Source: Chiloscyllium plagiosum
Taxonomy: Eukaryota
NCBI RefSeq assembly: GCF_004010195.1
Contig: NC_057756.1
Location: 4,855,211 to 4,919,210 of the forward strand
Direction: 5' to 3'
DNA length: 64,000 nucleotides
A program made the position numbers and the translations under genes. Shown here piece by piece: positions 13,495 through 25,599 of the stretch (positions are counted from its first letter, which is position 1; every line of letters begins with the position of its first letter). The notes beneath the pieces were generated by a model. It was not told the origin of the DNA. It did not search any database and was given only the letters and a program-made list of their open reading frames with translations.

Positions 13495-13746
13495 CTCACT
13501 GGCCACTCGGGGGAAAAAAAGAAGATAAACAGGAGCGTAGCATTGCCTTTTGTGAAGGGCACTGCTTGTCACTGGCCACTCGGGTGTTTTCCTATCTTCC
13601 TGGTGGTGGAAATTGAATAAAGATTTGTGCACCTTGTGTCTCTCACTGTGTCTCACACCTGCACACACACACCATGGGTGCTGGGGAAAAAAATAAGCAC
13701 TACCGCAGTTAGGCGGTAGTGTGGGGAAAGAAAGAGAAAAAAAAGG
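13495..13746 (+). mobile_element. 3' end of a non-LTR retroposon (L1/Tx1-like, inferred) inserted in Gypsy pol, 12-bp TSD
   Basis: gaaaggaggtgc at 13483-13494 and 13747-13758; AATAAA at ~13616; perfect 9-bp hairpin 13698-13721; A-rich tail. Confidence 0.7.
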
Positions 13747-15857
13747 GAAAGGAGGTGCTGAGAGTGGTGCATCAGCTACCACTAGGAGATCATTTAGGGG
13801 TGAGGAAAACACAGGCTAAAATACAAAGATATTTTCACTGGCCTGGACTTCACAAAGATGGAGTTGAATTTTGCCAGATGTGTCATACATATCAGCTAAT
13901 CAGAAAACCATAGGCAGTAATAAAACCTGCACATTTAATACCTATTCCAGCATTTTGAGGAACCTTTCGCAAGAGTCTTCATTGATTGTGTAGGTTCCCT
14001 ACCTCAAACAAAAAGTGGGTATAAGTATTTATTAACAATAATGGATGTGTTCATTGGATGTCCAGAGGCAATCCCATTAAATGACATCACAGCTAAAAGG
14101 GTTGTAGAAGAATTAATCTTTTTTTTTTACTCGGTATGGACTACCAATAGTCAGATCATGGGTCAAACTTCACATCCAAGCTATTCAAGGAGGTTATGCA
14201 TAACTTCAAAATAAAGCAATTCAAATCTACTGCGTACCATCCACAATCGCAGGGAGTGCTAAAGAGATGGCATCAAACACTGAAGACCATATTGAAGGAT
14301 TAGAGTCAGGATTATCCAGATGATTGGGATAAGGGAGTCCCATTTGTGCTTTTTGCAATCAGAGATGTACCAAATGAATCAACCAAATTCAGTCCGTTTA
14401 AATTAATGTTTGGGCATGAAGTAAGAGGACTGTTAAAATCGATCAAGGAGAAATTATTAAGTCTGAATTCAGAGGTCAGAATTCAGAGACCACACATTTG
14501 GACTATGTGTCAAATTTTTGAGAATAAATAGAGCTGGGGAGCTGGCTAGACAGCATTTAAAAGTATTGCAGCATACAATGGAACAGGAAGTGGATAAGAA
14601 ATCACGAATTTGCAATTTTGCCATTGGGGATAAGGTATTGGCATTACTTTCAGTAATAGGTGAACCATTAAAAGCAAGCTTCAGTGCACCTTATCAACTC
14701 AAGAAGAAATTGAGTGAGGTGAACTGTTTGACAAAGACTCCAGAGAGGAAGAAATCTGAGTGTGTCATGTGAATATGCTCAGAAGGTATTTTGAGAGGGA
14801 AGGAAAGCAAGAGGAGGAGGTGTTAATGATTGCCGCACAGAAGGAAGAACTATGTTCAGAGGATTCTGAGTTGGACATTCCCCAAATCAAATTGAACAAT
14901 GAGGAAGTTGTCAAAAATGGGATATATGACTGAATTACCTTCCACAACAAAATCGAAATGACCTGAAGAGTTATTGCAATCACATGGGGAGATATGCGGA
15001 AATAAACTGGGAAGTACTAACCTAATTGTGCCTGATATAGATATATTAGATGCTGTTCCAATTAAGTAACATCCTAAAAAGCATAACCCTCTAAAGTTGG
15101 CTCAGGTTCCGAAGGAGATAGAACGCATGCTCCAAGATGGAATAATTGAAGTGAGTTACAATGACTGGAGCTCACCCATTGTCATGGTGCCAAAGCCAGA
15201 TGGTACCCAATAATTATGTGTGGATTATCACAAAGTCAACGCCGTTACAAAGACTGATGCACGGTTAGAGGACTGCATCGAAAAGGTGGGACAAGCAACT
15301 TACATTTCTAAATTGGACTTGCTCAAAGGCTACTGGCAGGTACCTCTGTCAGAGAGAGCAAAGGCAATTTCAGCTTTTGTAATGCGAAATGGACTATATC
15401 ATTTTAAAGTCATGCCTTTTCGTATGAAAACTGTTCTAGCCACATTTCAGAGACTAACTAATAAAGTCATTACCGGATTACCCAACTGTGTTGTTTACAT
15501 TGGTTACCAGGTGATTTTTAGTCATTTGCAGCATTTATTGGACTTGTTCCTTTGACTTCAGAAGGCAGGTTTCATAGTAAATCTAGCTAAAAGTGAATGT
15601 GCCAAACCCCAAGGCATCTTCCTGGGCTATTTTATTGGACATGGCCAAATGGCCCCATGGGATGTGAAAACAAAAGTAATTGGGGAATTTGTTGATGAAA
15701 AGAGCAGCACTATGGTTCCTGGGATTGATTGGATTTTGCCAAAAGTTTGTGCCAAATTTTAGCAGTGTGGCTGCTCCACTCAGTGAATTTTTTAAAAAAG
15801 GGCAAGAAGTTTGGGTGGACAGCTGACTGTCAAAAGGCACTTGACAGTCTAAAAACT

Positions 15858-16838
15858 CGGAACACATATGGGTGGCACGGTGGCACAGTGGTTAGCACTG
15901 CTGCCTCACAGCGCCAGAGACCCGGGTTCAATTCCCGCCTCAGGCGACTGACTGTGTGGAGTTTGCACCTTCTCCCCGGGTCTGCGTGGGTTTCCTCCGA
16001 GTGCTCCGGTTTCCTCCCACAGTCCAAAGATGTGCAGGTACAGTGAATTGGCCGTGCTAAATTGCCCGTAGTGTTAGGTAAGGGGTAAATGTAGGAGAAT
16101 GGGTGGGTTGCGCTTTGGCGGGTCGGTGTGGACTTGTTAGGCCAAAGGGCCTGTTTCCACACTGTAATGTAATCTAAAAAAACTTCAACCCCAGGGCATC
16201 AACATGGACTTCATCAGTTTCCTCACTTTCCTCTCTCCCCACCTTACCCCAGTTCCAACCTTCCAGCTCAGCACCATCCCCATGATNNNNNNNNNNNNNN
16301 NNNNNNNNNNNNNNNNNNNNNNNNNNNNNNNNNNNNNNNNNNNNNNNNNNNNNNNNNNNNNNNNNNNNNNNNNNNNNNNNNNNNNNNNNNNNNNNNNNNN
16401 NNNNNNNNNNNNNNNNNNNNNNNNNNNNNNNNNNNNNNNNNNNNNNNNNNNNNNNNNNNNNNNNNNNNNNNNNNNNNNNNNNNNNNNNNNNNNNNNNNNN
16501 NNNNNNNNNNNNNNNNNNNNNNNNNNNNNNNNNNNNNNNNNNNNNNNNNNNNNNNNNNNNNNNNNNNNNNNNNNNNNNNNNNNNNNNNNNNNNNNNNNNN
16601 NNNNNNNNNNNNNNNNNNNNNNNNNNNNNNNNNNNNNNNNNNNNNNNNNNNNNNNNNNNNNNCCCCTTCCCATTTATCTCTAAACCCGGGAGGCTCCCTG
16701 CCTTCAGTCCTGATGAAGGGCTTTTGCCCGAAACATTGATTTTCCTGCTCCTCGGATGCTGCCTGACTGGCTGTGCTTTTCCAGCACCACTCTAATCTAG
16801 ACTCTGATATCCAGCATCTACAGTCCTCACTTTTGCCT
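15858..16838 (+). mobile_element. Penelope-like 3' fragment in Gypsy pol, itself interrupted by an HE1 SINE (15870-16176); spans a gap
   Basis: Pol reads ..LDSLKT | VLTAAPVLA.. across it. Imperfect TSD agtctaaaaact/agcccaaaaact. LQPQGINMDF end of the GIY-YIG ORF; hammerhead 16706-16741. Confidence 0.75.
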
Positions 16839-17435
16839 AGCCCAAAAACTGTGTTAACCGCTGCCCCAGTGTTGGCCACACCTGATTACACGTACCCTTT
16901 CAATCTGGCCTATCGAAGCCAGTGATGTGGGCGTCAGTGCGGTGCTTCTGCAGGAGGATGACGAGGGAATAGAAAGACCCATCGGGTATTTTTCCAGGAA
17001 GTTGAACGTTCATCAACAGAAATATTCAACATGGAGAAAGAGACTTTGAGCTTGGTGTTGGCATTATAACATTTCAGTGTATATGTTACCAGCAACGCAT
17101 CTAAGACAATCATACACTCTGCTTATAATTCATTGCCATTTGTGGAGAAACTCAAAGTCAAAAATGCCAGACTGTTTAATCACAATTTGACGATTGTGAA
17201 TGTGGCAGGTCGTGAAAACGTGATTGCCAATGCATTGTCGAGTCGAGAGATGGAGATGTTTGGTGGCTGGTGTGCCATGGCGTGAATTTGAATGTAGTTG
17301 TGCATGTTTGCAGTGTGTTAGTATAGTTAGTATAGTTTATATGTGTGTTTTAGACTGCTAACCAGCTTTTTTTGAAGGGCTTTAAAATTGAAGCCAACTT
17401 TTGATATTGATGGTTCATTTTTTTAAGAGAGGAGG

Positions 17436-18023
17436 TGTCACAATGCTGGTCCTTTTCACAAGGACACTGTGTCCTTGGTTTTTTTCAGAGGGGTCATAAA
17501 GCACACAAGCTCTGAATTGACTAGTTTGGTCCAGAGATGAAAGGGCTTTTTGTTTATATGTAAACAGATGAGACATTAGGCCAAAGCTTATGTTCTAGAA
17601 GTGACCTGTATCACAAAAAGGGGAGTGGTCAGTCCTAGAAACTGGAGTTTTGTTTGAGTCAGTTCAGCAGTGGGCTGTGTGGAAACAGGCTGCTAGACTC
17701 TCTCTCCTTCTGCCCTCGACCTGTAAACCTTTGTTTCATTTTTACTGTGTTTAAAGGGGTTTGTTTATTGGATCTGTGGTGCGTGTTCAGAACAATATAA
17801 TTAGCTCTAGTTTGGATAGACTAAGTTCTGTAGGTGTTCTATTTTCTATTCTTTGTGTTTCATTCTGTAATTTTGTGAATATATTTTTGGCTATTTAAAA
17901 CCTGATAGTCACTCTAGCTACCCTGGGTAATTTTCACTCTACACTTACCAAACCAAAGTGCAAAGTCATGGTCGGGGCCGCCTGCTCAAGAATGTCTTAA
18001 GTGGCCTGGCCTAGTCCATAACA
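17436..18023 (+). repeat. 3' LTR
   Basis: Follows the PPT, starts tgtcacaatgctg, ends gtccataaca. Confidence 0.9.
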
Positions 18024-18699
18024 GTTGGACTTGTTGGGCCAAAAGGCCTGTATTCACACCGTAGGGATTCTATGATTCTTGGCTCACTGGCCCCAGTTGA
18101 TCAAGATCTTAGATAACCTTCTTCATTGTCTTCACTGTAAAACCAATTTGAAGTTCATCCAAATCATTTATATAGATGATGAACAACAGTGATCCTTGTC
18201 TCCCCCCACCACCCTCTGTCTCCTCTCGTCAAGCCAATTTTGTATCAAATTGTCTGGCAGTCCCTGAATCCCATGTGAGCTAATCTCACTCACCAGTCGA
18301 CCACACAGAACTTTGTCGAAGAGCTGGATAAAATCCATATTGATAAAGTCTACTGGTCTGCCTTCGTCCATCTTCTTAGTAACCTTATCGAAAAACTCTA
18401 TCAAGTTTGTAAGACACAATTTCCCTTACACACAGCCATGCTAACCCTAATCAATCCTTACTTTTCCAAATGCATGTAGATCCTGTTTTTCAGAATCCCC
18501 TCTAAGAACTTACACACCACTAATGTTAGGCTCACTGGTCTACAGTTCCTTGCAGCCTTTCTTAAATAATGCCACCCTCCAGTCTTCCTGCATCTCACCT
18601 GTCGTAGTCAATAATACAAATATTTTTGCCAAGGGACCAATGTTTTCTGACCCAGCTTCACAGAATTTCCTGGGATATGCTTGATCAGGTCCTGGGGAT

Positions 18700-18920
18700 C
18701 TGTGTCCAGAATCATGTTCTCCTTATTTATTTAACTGAAACTCTAATTCTATTGCAATGCTTGTATCTTTATTCCAAACAAAAAAATCCTAGCCTCTGCA
18801 GTTTCTCCATATTGAATGAAGTTCCTCATCCCTCCCAGGATATTGACATTCAATGAATAAGCACCAATGAATAAGTCTAACAGAGTGCAAATATCACAGC
18901 ATCTTCATTGAGAAGATGGT
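18700..18920 (+). pseudogene. Decayed TCR V-alpha-like remnant
   Basis: ETLILLQCLYLY.KQ...PLQFL; FR3 NKSNRV..NITASSLED (frameshifted). Confidence 0.5.
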
Positions 18921-19454
18921 GACACAATGGTAATGTCAGTGGTGAATGGCTAAGAATCCAAGACTAATGTTCAAATTTCACCAGGCCGGCTAGTGGAATT
19001 TAAAAGTTAGTTAATAAATCTGGAATTTAAAGTAATGGCAACAATGGATTGTTATAAAAAGATATGAGCTAGGATCGGTAGTAGGCCATTCAGCCCCCGT
19101 GAGCCTGCTCTGGCATTGAATACAATCATGACTGACCCCAACTCAGTCTCGTCTCAACTTTTCTGCCCACTCTCCATTACCGTTCAACCCATTACTAATC
19201 AAAAATCTGTCCATCTTCTCACTAAATATATTCAGAGTTCTGGCATCCACCGAACTCTAGGATACTGAATTCCACCAAATTGCAACTTTTGATAGAAGTA
19301 ATTCTTCAACATTTCTGCCTTATATCTGCCTCCCTTTCACCTAAAATTATGACTTCGCATTCTAAATTGCCCCACTAGGGTTTAACATCACTCTGCATCT
19401 AGTTTTTGTCAGTTCTCTTCAGCATCTTACCTCATTATCATTCTACTAAAATCT

Positions 19455-19796
19455 CACAGATAACCGCACACAGGGCTCCTCACACTTTAAATGCATTATC
19501 TGGGCCAATATGACACCAATTGTTAAAGTTCACTTGAGAATGAAACTTTAAAAAATTTCTGTGATTTATGTATGAGAGAACTGAAACCCAACATGTTCAT
19601 TCTAAAAGATGAGATACTTGACAAACAATCCAGGTCTTTTTTCATTACATCACACTGTAAACTTTTGCTATAAATTCTGTGTCTTACGACCTTATACTCC
19701 ACAACCATCTGATGAAGGAGCAGCGCTCTGAAAGCTAGTGCTTCCAAATAAACCTGTTGGACTATAACCTGGTGTTGTGTGATTTTTAACTTTGTA
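19455..19796 (+). mobile_element. Second Penelope-like/non-autonomous family terminus (hammerhead with GGAGC/GCTCY stem). Related pieces at 21635-21977 (13-bp TSD acagatSattatg), 28220-28300, 49345-49570, 50355-50440, 62110-62225
   Basis: Shared ctgatgaaggagcagcgctc.gaaagctagtgcttccaaataaacctgttggactataacctggtgttgtgtgatttttaactttgt. Confidence 0.65.
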
Positions 19797-21207
19797 TAGT
19801 CCTGGTCACCCCACTACAGGAAGGATGTGGAAACATTGGAAAAGGTGCAGAGGAGATTTACCAGGATGTTGCCTGGTCTGGAGGGAAGGTCGTATGAGGA
19901 AAGACTGAGAGACTTGGGTCAGTTCTCATTGGACAGAAGAAGGCTAAGGGGGTATTTGATAGAGACATACAAGATGATCAGAGGATTAGATAGGTAGACA
20001 GTGAAAGTATTTTTCCTAGGATGATGGTGTCAGCTTGTATGAGGGGGCACAGCTGCAAATTGAGGGGTGATAGATGTCAGAGGCGGGTTCATTACTCAGA
20101 GAGTGGTAAGGGTGTAGAATGCCCTGCCTGCCAATGTAGTTAACTCAGCCCCATTAGGAAGACTTAAACAATCCTTGCATAAGCACATGGTTGATAATGG
20201 GATAGTGTAGGGGTATGGTCTTAGATTAGTTCACAGTTCAGTGCAACATCAGTTCTGTGCTATATTGTTCTATGTTCTATGCTCTATGTACATCCCAGTC
20301 CAACACCGGCATCTCCAAATCATCCTAAAATCTAGTAAGTATAGACACAAACTGCTGAATCTCTCCTCATGAAGCGAGCTTTTCATCTCTGGAATTATCT
20401 AGTCATCCTTCTCTTAACATCCTTCAATGCAATTACAGCTTTCCTCAACTAAGGGGACCAAAACTGCATGCAATATTCCAGTTGCCAATACCCTGTACAG
20501 ATGCAACAACACTTCCCTACTGTTATACTCCATCCCTTCAGCAATAAGGTAGGGGAATGGGTCTGGGTGGGATACTCTTTGGAGGGTTAGTGTGGACTTG
20601 TTGGGCCAAATTGGGCCACTGTAGGGATTCTATGAAATTATCAGGTGATCATTAATCTCAAAGGAAGCTCTTTAGCCAGAATGTGTTAAGAATATGGGGC
20701 TTGCCAGCAGAGGGAGCAATTCTGCTGAACATCACACAATGAAAGATAGGCTGGTTATCACACCAGGGATAAAGGATTAGGCAGATAATCTTGATGGGTG
20801 GCTCGGTGGTTAGCACTGCTGCCTCATAGTGCCAGAGACCTGGGTTCAATCCCTGCCTCGGGCAACTGACTGTGTGGAGTTTGCACAATCTCCCGCTTCC
20901 TCCCACAGTCCAAAGATGTGCAAGTTAGGGTGAATTGGCCGCGCTAAATTGCCCGTAATGTTAGATGTAGAGGAATGGGTCTAGGTGGGTTGCTCCTCTT
21001 CGGAGGGTCGGTGTGGAAATTTGGCCATTCACCCCACCGAGTCTGCTCCACCATTCAATCATGGCCGATAAGTTTCTCGACCCCATTCTCCCACTTCCTC
21101 CCCATAACCCTTGATATTCAAGAACCTATCCATCTCAGTCTTAAATATATTCAGTGACCTGGCCTACACAGCCTTCTGCGGCAATGAATTCCATGGATTC
21201 AAAATGT

Positions 21208-21487
21208 TGTCTTTCGCAAGACAGCGTGCAGCCCCTCTTCACTGAACAGGACGGTGGTGAAAGACCACCAAGAGAATTAGATTCAAACCAGGACACATAA
21301 GAGGAGCAGCCAGAGTTGACGGGTGACCTGTCCCTCTCTCTCTTACCAGATGAACATTTTGCCAGCTTGCCCCATAGATGAATGGGTGTCGCAGAGAATG
21401 AGACTCGTGATCGAGTCAGATTAAGCGTTACTATTTCTGCGCATTTGAGAGTTGGGATGAATTGATGTGGCGTAGGATTCACAGAGA
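21208..21487 (+). pseudogene. Decayed TCR V-alpha-like segment
   Basis: One frame: CLSQDSVQPLFTEQDGGE..QD.*EEQPEL..FASLPHR*..NETRDRVRL; overlapping SD*AL.YFCAF at ~21416-21448. Confidence 0.55.
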
Positions 21488-21519
21488 TGTCAGAGCACTA
21501 GACTTTGGATAGACGAGCG

Positions 21520-22070
21520 ATTGAGCACAATTGGGCCAGTGCAACCAGAGGCAATTCTTATCTGTTTGTCGTTGTAACTAAGATTCTTCTACTCCTTATC
21601 CACGGATCCATCGATGAAGCTACAGATGATTATGTTAAGAATCACACAACATCAGGTTATAGTCCAAGAGATAAAAACAATGACTGCAGATACTGGAAAC
21701 CAGATTCTGGAGTAGAGTGGTGCTGGAAAAACACAGCAGTTCAGGCAACATCTGCTCCTTGGATACTGCCTGAACTGCTGTGCTTTTCCAGCACCACTCT
21801 ACTCCAGAATATAGTCCAACAGGTTTATTTGGAAGCACTCGCTTTCGGAGCACCGCTCCTTCATCAGGTGGTGGTCGAAAGCTCGTGCTTCCAAATAAAC
21901 CTGTGGGACTATAACCTGCTACTGTGTGATTTTTAACTTTGTACACCCCAGTCCAACACCTGCGTCTCCAAATCACGACAGATCATTATGGGAGACATTT
22001 GTTGTAAGTGGATTGAAGCTGTAATGAGGGATGTCCAAATTGAACTGTATTTTCTGCCAAGTCTGAATCG
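21520..22070 (+). pseudogene. Decayed V-like segment split by a Penelope fragment (21635-21977)
   Basis: SATRGNSYLF....LLLLIH; after the insert, VMRDVQIE-LYF(C). Confidence 0.4.
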
Positions 22071-23769
22071 ACCTGTCTTGGGTGACTCCGAAGGAGATGA
22101 TCTTCAGGGTTTGACTTATTAATAATAGGTTAAATTTTCCTGGAAGCTGTTATCTCCTCCCCCAAAACCTGTTTCCACACAAAATCAAGACGCTTAACAG
22201 AAATGCAAATTAGGCAGCATGTGAGAGCGATTGAAAAGATATTAAGTCAGGTGACCCGAATGCCTGGCCCATCACGGACATTTTGAAAAACGTCTGAACC
22301 TTAACCTTTGCCCACCCTCTCTGTTGAGCCCCCTCCCTTTCCCTTTGTTAATCTCCTCTCCCCCTCCAGCCACAGGCTACGTCCCTGCAAGCCTCGCTCT
22401 CCCTGAAATAAATCCACTTCCAAACCGTTCCTGAAGGGTCAACCATTTCCTGTTGAGTCATTGACATTTTCTGGGAAGGTCGTGCATGAGGGATCTTCAA
22501 CAGAGACGTGAGCAACCCTGGGAGACACGGATTTTAACATAGATCCCAATGAGCGATAGAGAGGAGTGTTTATACAGGTCGCTAGGCATTGTAGGCAGAT
22601 TCAGGCAAGGGTGAGACTATTCCACTCTGACTGAGATACGCTTCAGACCCTGCCCCCGTGTCCATTCCCAGTTCTCGCCCCTCACCCCAGTTAAAAATGA
22701 CTCCATTTTCTGCATCAACCGTGGATTTTGATTTTTTTTTGTGGCAAACCCATCCTGAGAAGCAAGTCCAGCCTTCACTGCCATATATTGGCGCCATCAC
22801 CTTTATCCCATGTTCACCTCACTCCCTGTCCGGGTGGCCGTCTCAACTTCAAGATAAAAGCGAAGACGAGATAAATAATAAAAAAAAATGAGACCCGAGG
22901 GGGGAGAGAATGCAAATTGAGAATCACAAGGTCTGAGAGACAGAGGAAGTGGGAGGCAGAAGCAGGAAAGACGATTATAGAGATAAGAGAGAAAGTGAAA
23001 ACTGACTTGAGGGAAGGGGACATTGTCGAAGGGGCAAATCCGAAAGACGGTGATAAAAGAGATGGGACGAGGGATAGTATGGGATACAGAGAGCGACAAC
23101 TATAGAGAGGAAGGCGGAAATAAAAGACTGGGATTGGGAAGAACGGAGAGCAGAAAGATGGACGGAAATGGCGAGAGAGAGAAACGGCTGGAGGCGAAGC
23201 TCAGCAGAAAGAGAGAATGTGAAGAGAGAGGGAGTCTGATAGAGACTCCGAGGGAGAGAGAGAGGGAGGCAGGCGGCAAGAGAAAGACAGATCGAGAAAT
23301 TAGAAGGAAGGCAGAGATTGATAGAACAGCATTTTTTTTTAGATTAGATTACTTACAGTGTGGAAAAGGGCCATTCGGCCCAACAAGTCCACACCGACCC
23401 TCCGAAGAGCAACCCACCCAGACCCATTCCCCTACATTTACCCCTTCACCTAACACTACGGGCAATTGAGCATGGCCAATTCACCCTAACCTGCACATCT
23501 TTGGACTGTGGGAGGAAACCAGAGCACCCGGAGGAAACCCACACGGAGACGGGGAGAATGTGCAAACTCCACACAAACAGGCAGGAATTGCTAGCCACTG
23601 TGCCACCCATTTTGAGATAGCGAAATCGAAAGGGAGGGAGAGAGACACTGAGGAAAACAGAGGAAGAGAGAGAGAGAGAGGAGTGAGGTAGGCAGATGAG
23701 TGTGCAAATTGTCTCATATCTGATGCTTTATTTATCACATATGTTCTTCTGTGCACTACATATGATCTC

Positions 23770-24250
23770 TCGATATAAAGTTCCACCTGTAATATACCAT
23801 CTATAGTTCGTAAGATCCATAACCTTTGTGCATAACATTCTGTCTAAGCGAATGAATCCAGTGTTTAAAAAGTACAGTTGAAAATGAGGAGGTATAACCT
23901 GGGGGTGGTGGGATTTTTAACTTTATGCACCCCAGTTGAACACCGGGCCCTCCACATCAGGGTTTTTATACAGTCAGGGTGTGCCCCCAGCGCAATGTCT
24001 CGGTACGATCTAGAGTGTGATTTAGACTACGAAGGAACACTGGTATTCAAACTGTCACACCACCCTCGCCTGAGGCATTCAGAGACATGTCACCAACACC
24101 CCCACCTTCCCCGGTCACTTCCTCACTCAAACTCCGATCCATCAGATTCCCCCTTTAAACAAGTACTGGGCGCCGTGAGCATCGGTTAAGTACACCGGTA
24201 TAATTCAGAACAATTTCGGTGCAGTTTATTTAATTACCACCTCTCCAAAT
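23770..24250 (+). pseudogene. Two adjacent V-like remnants (paralogous to 41060-41490)
   Basis: TCNI..HNL; DLECDL..HQHP; IRFPL*TSTGRREHRLS.TGIIQNNFGAVY. DNA similarity to 41045-41470 is directly visible. Confidence 0.55.
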
Positions 24251-24374
24251 CAGACTGCGATTTCCAACTCATCCTGCATCTAATTGTGTCTGGTCAGGGA
24301 GAAACCCTCATAACAGCGAAGAATGTGCACTTGCAATGCCTACACGTACAAGTGCTGGAAAATGGGATGACAGC

Positions 24375-24957
24375 CATAGAGACAGAGTCACAGAGATGTA
24401 CAACAGACCCTTCGGTCCAACTCGTCCGAACCTAATCTAGTCCCATTTGCCGGCACTTGGCCCATATCCCTTCAAACCCGTCCTATTCATATACCCTTCC
24501 AGACGCCTTTTAAATGTTGTAATTGTACCAGCCTCGACCACTTCCTCTGGCAGCTCATTCCCTACACACAGTGAAAGTTGCCCCTTGCGACCCTTGTAAA
24601 ATTTCCCCTTAAACCTATGCCCTCTAGTTCTGGACTCCACCACCCCAGGGAAAAGACTTTGTGTATTTATCTTATCCATGCCCCTCATGATTTTATAGAC
24701 GTCTCTGATGTCACCCCTCAGTCTCTGACGCTCCAGGGAAAACAGCCCCAGCCTATTCAGCCTCTCCCTGTAGCTCAAACCCTCCAACCATGGCAACAAG
24801 CTTGTATATCTTTTCTGAACCCTTTCAAGTTTCACACTATTTTTTCGATAGGAAGGAGACCAGAATTGCACGCAATATTCCAACAGTGGCCTAACCAATG
24901 TCCTGTACAGCCGCAACATGACCTCCCAACACCTGTACTCAATACTCTGATCAATAA
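24375..24957 (-). mobile_element. CR1/HER1 LINE 3' fragment, adjacent to an HE1 SINE (24959-25126, +) that runs into the gap
   Basis: 176-aa ORF LYRTLVRPLLEYCVQFWSPSYRK..RLGLFSLERQRLRGD. Confidence 0.9.
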
Positions 24958-25599
24958 TGGGCGGCACGGTGGCACAGTGGTTAGCACTGCTGCCTCACAG
25001 CGCCAGAGACCCGGGTTCAATTCCCGCCTCAGGCGACTAACTGTGTGGAGTTTGCACGTTCTCCCCGTGTCTGCGTGGGTTTCCTCCGGGTGCTCCGGTT
25101 TCCTCCCACAGTCCAAAGATGTGCAGNNNNNNNNNNNNNNNNNNNNNNNNNNNNNNNNNNNNNNNNNNNNNNNNNNNNNNNNNNNNNNNNNNNNNNNNNN
25201 NNNNNNNNNNNNNNNNNNNNNNNNNNNNNNNNNNNNNNNNNNNNNNNNNNNNNNNNNNNNNNNNNNNNNNNNNNNNNNNNNNNNNNNNNNNNNNNNNNNN
25301 NNNNNNNNNNNNNNNNNNNNNNNNNNNNNNNNNNNNNNNNNNNNNNNNNNNNNNNNNNNNNNNNNNNNNNNNNNNNNNNNNNNNNNNNNNNNNNNNNNNN
25401 NNNNNNNNNNNNNNNNNNNNNNNNNNNNNNNNNNNNNNNNNNNNNNNNNNNNNNNNNNNNNNNNNNNNNNNNNNNNNNNNNNNNNNNNNNNNNNNNNNNN
25501 NNNNNNNNNNNNNNNNNNNNNNNNNNNNNNNNNNNNNNNNNNNNNNNNNNNNNNNNNNNNNNNNNNNNNNNNNNNNNNNNNNNNNNNNNNNNNNNNGGC

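Larger units (their letters stand above)
10288..18023 (+). mobile_element. Full-length decayed Gypsy/Ty3 LTR retrotransposon, Gmr1-like (gag-PR-INT-RT-RH)
   Basis: Two homologous LTRs (TG...CA). PBS resembles the tRNA-Pro complement (tgggggttcttagcaggattt, ~11169). PPT aagagaggagg at 17425-17435. Gag (LPKFDEKDVEAFFISFEK; ILEEFKNSLP), protease ILRDTGSSQS (~12795), integrase HHCC (HLGVRKT..YFHWPG..C..C, ~13770) and core, RT (WSSPIVMVPKPDG, KLDLLKGYWQVPL, ~15160-15560), RNase H (ASDVGVSAVLLQE..PIGYFSRKL, ~16915). Many stops and frameshifts. Confidence 0.93.
18080..20545. mobile_element. Cluster of CR1 fragments (18080-18700 -, ~19060-19440 and 20315-20545 -, 19797-20290 +) and SINE pieces
   Basis: CLTNLIEFFDKVTK..D..F..FDKV RT core on the minus strand; RT tail on the plus strand. 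Confidence 0.75.
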
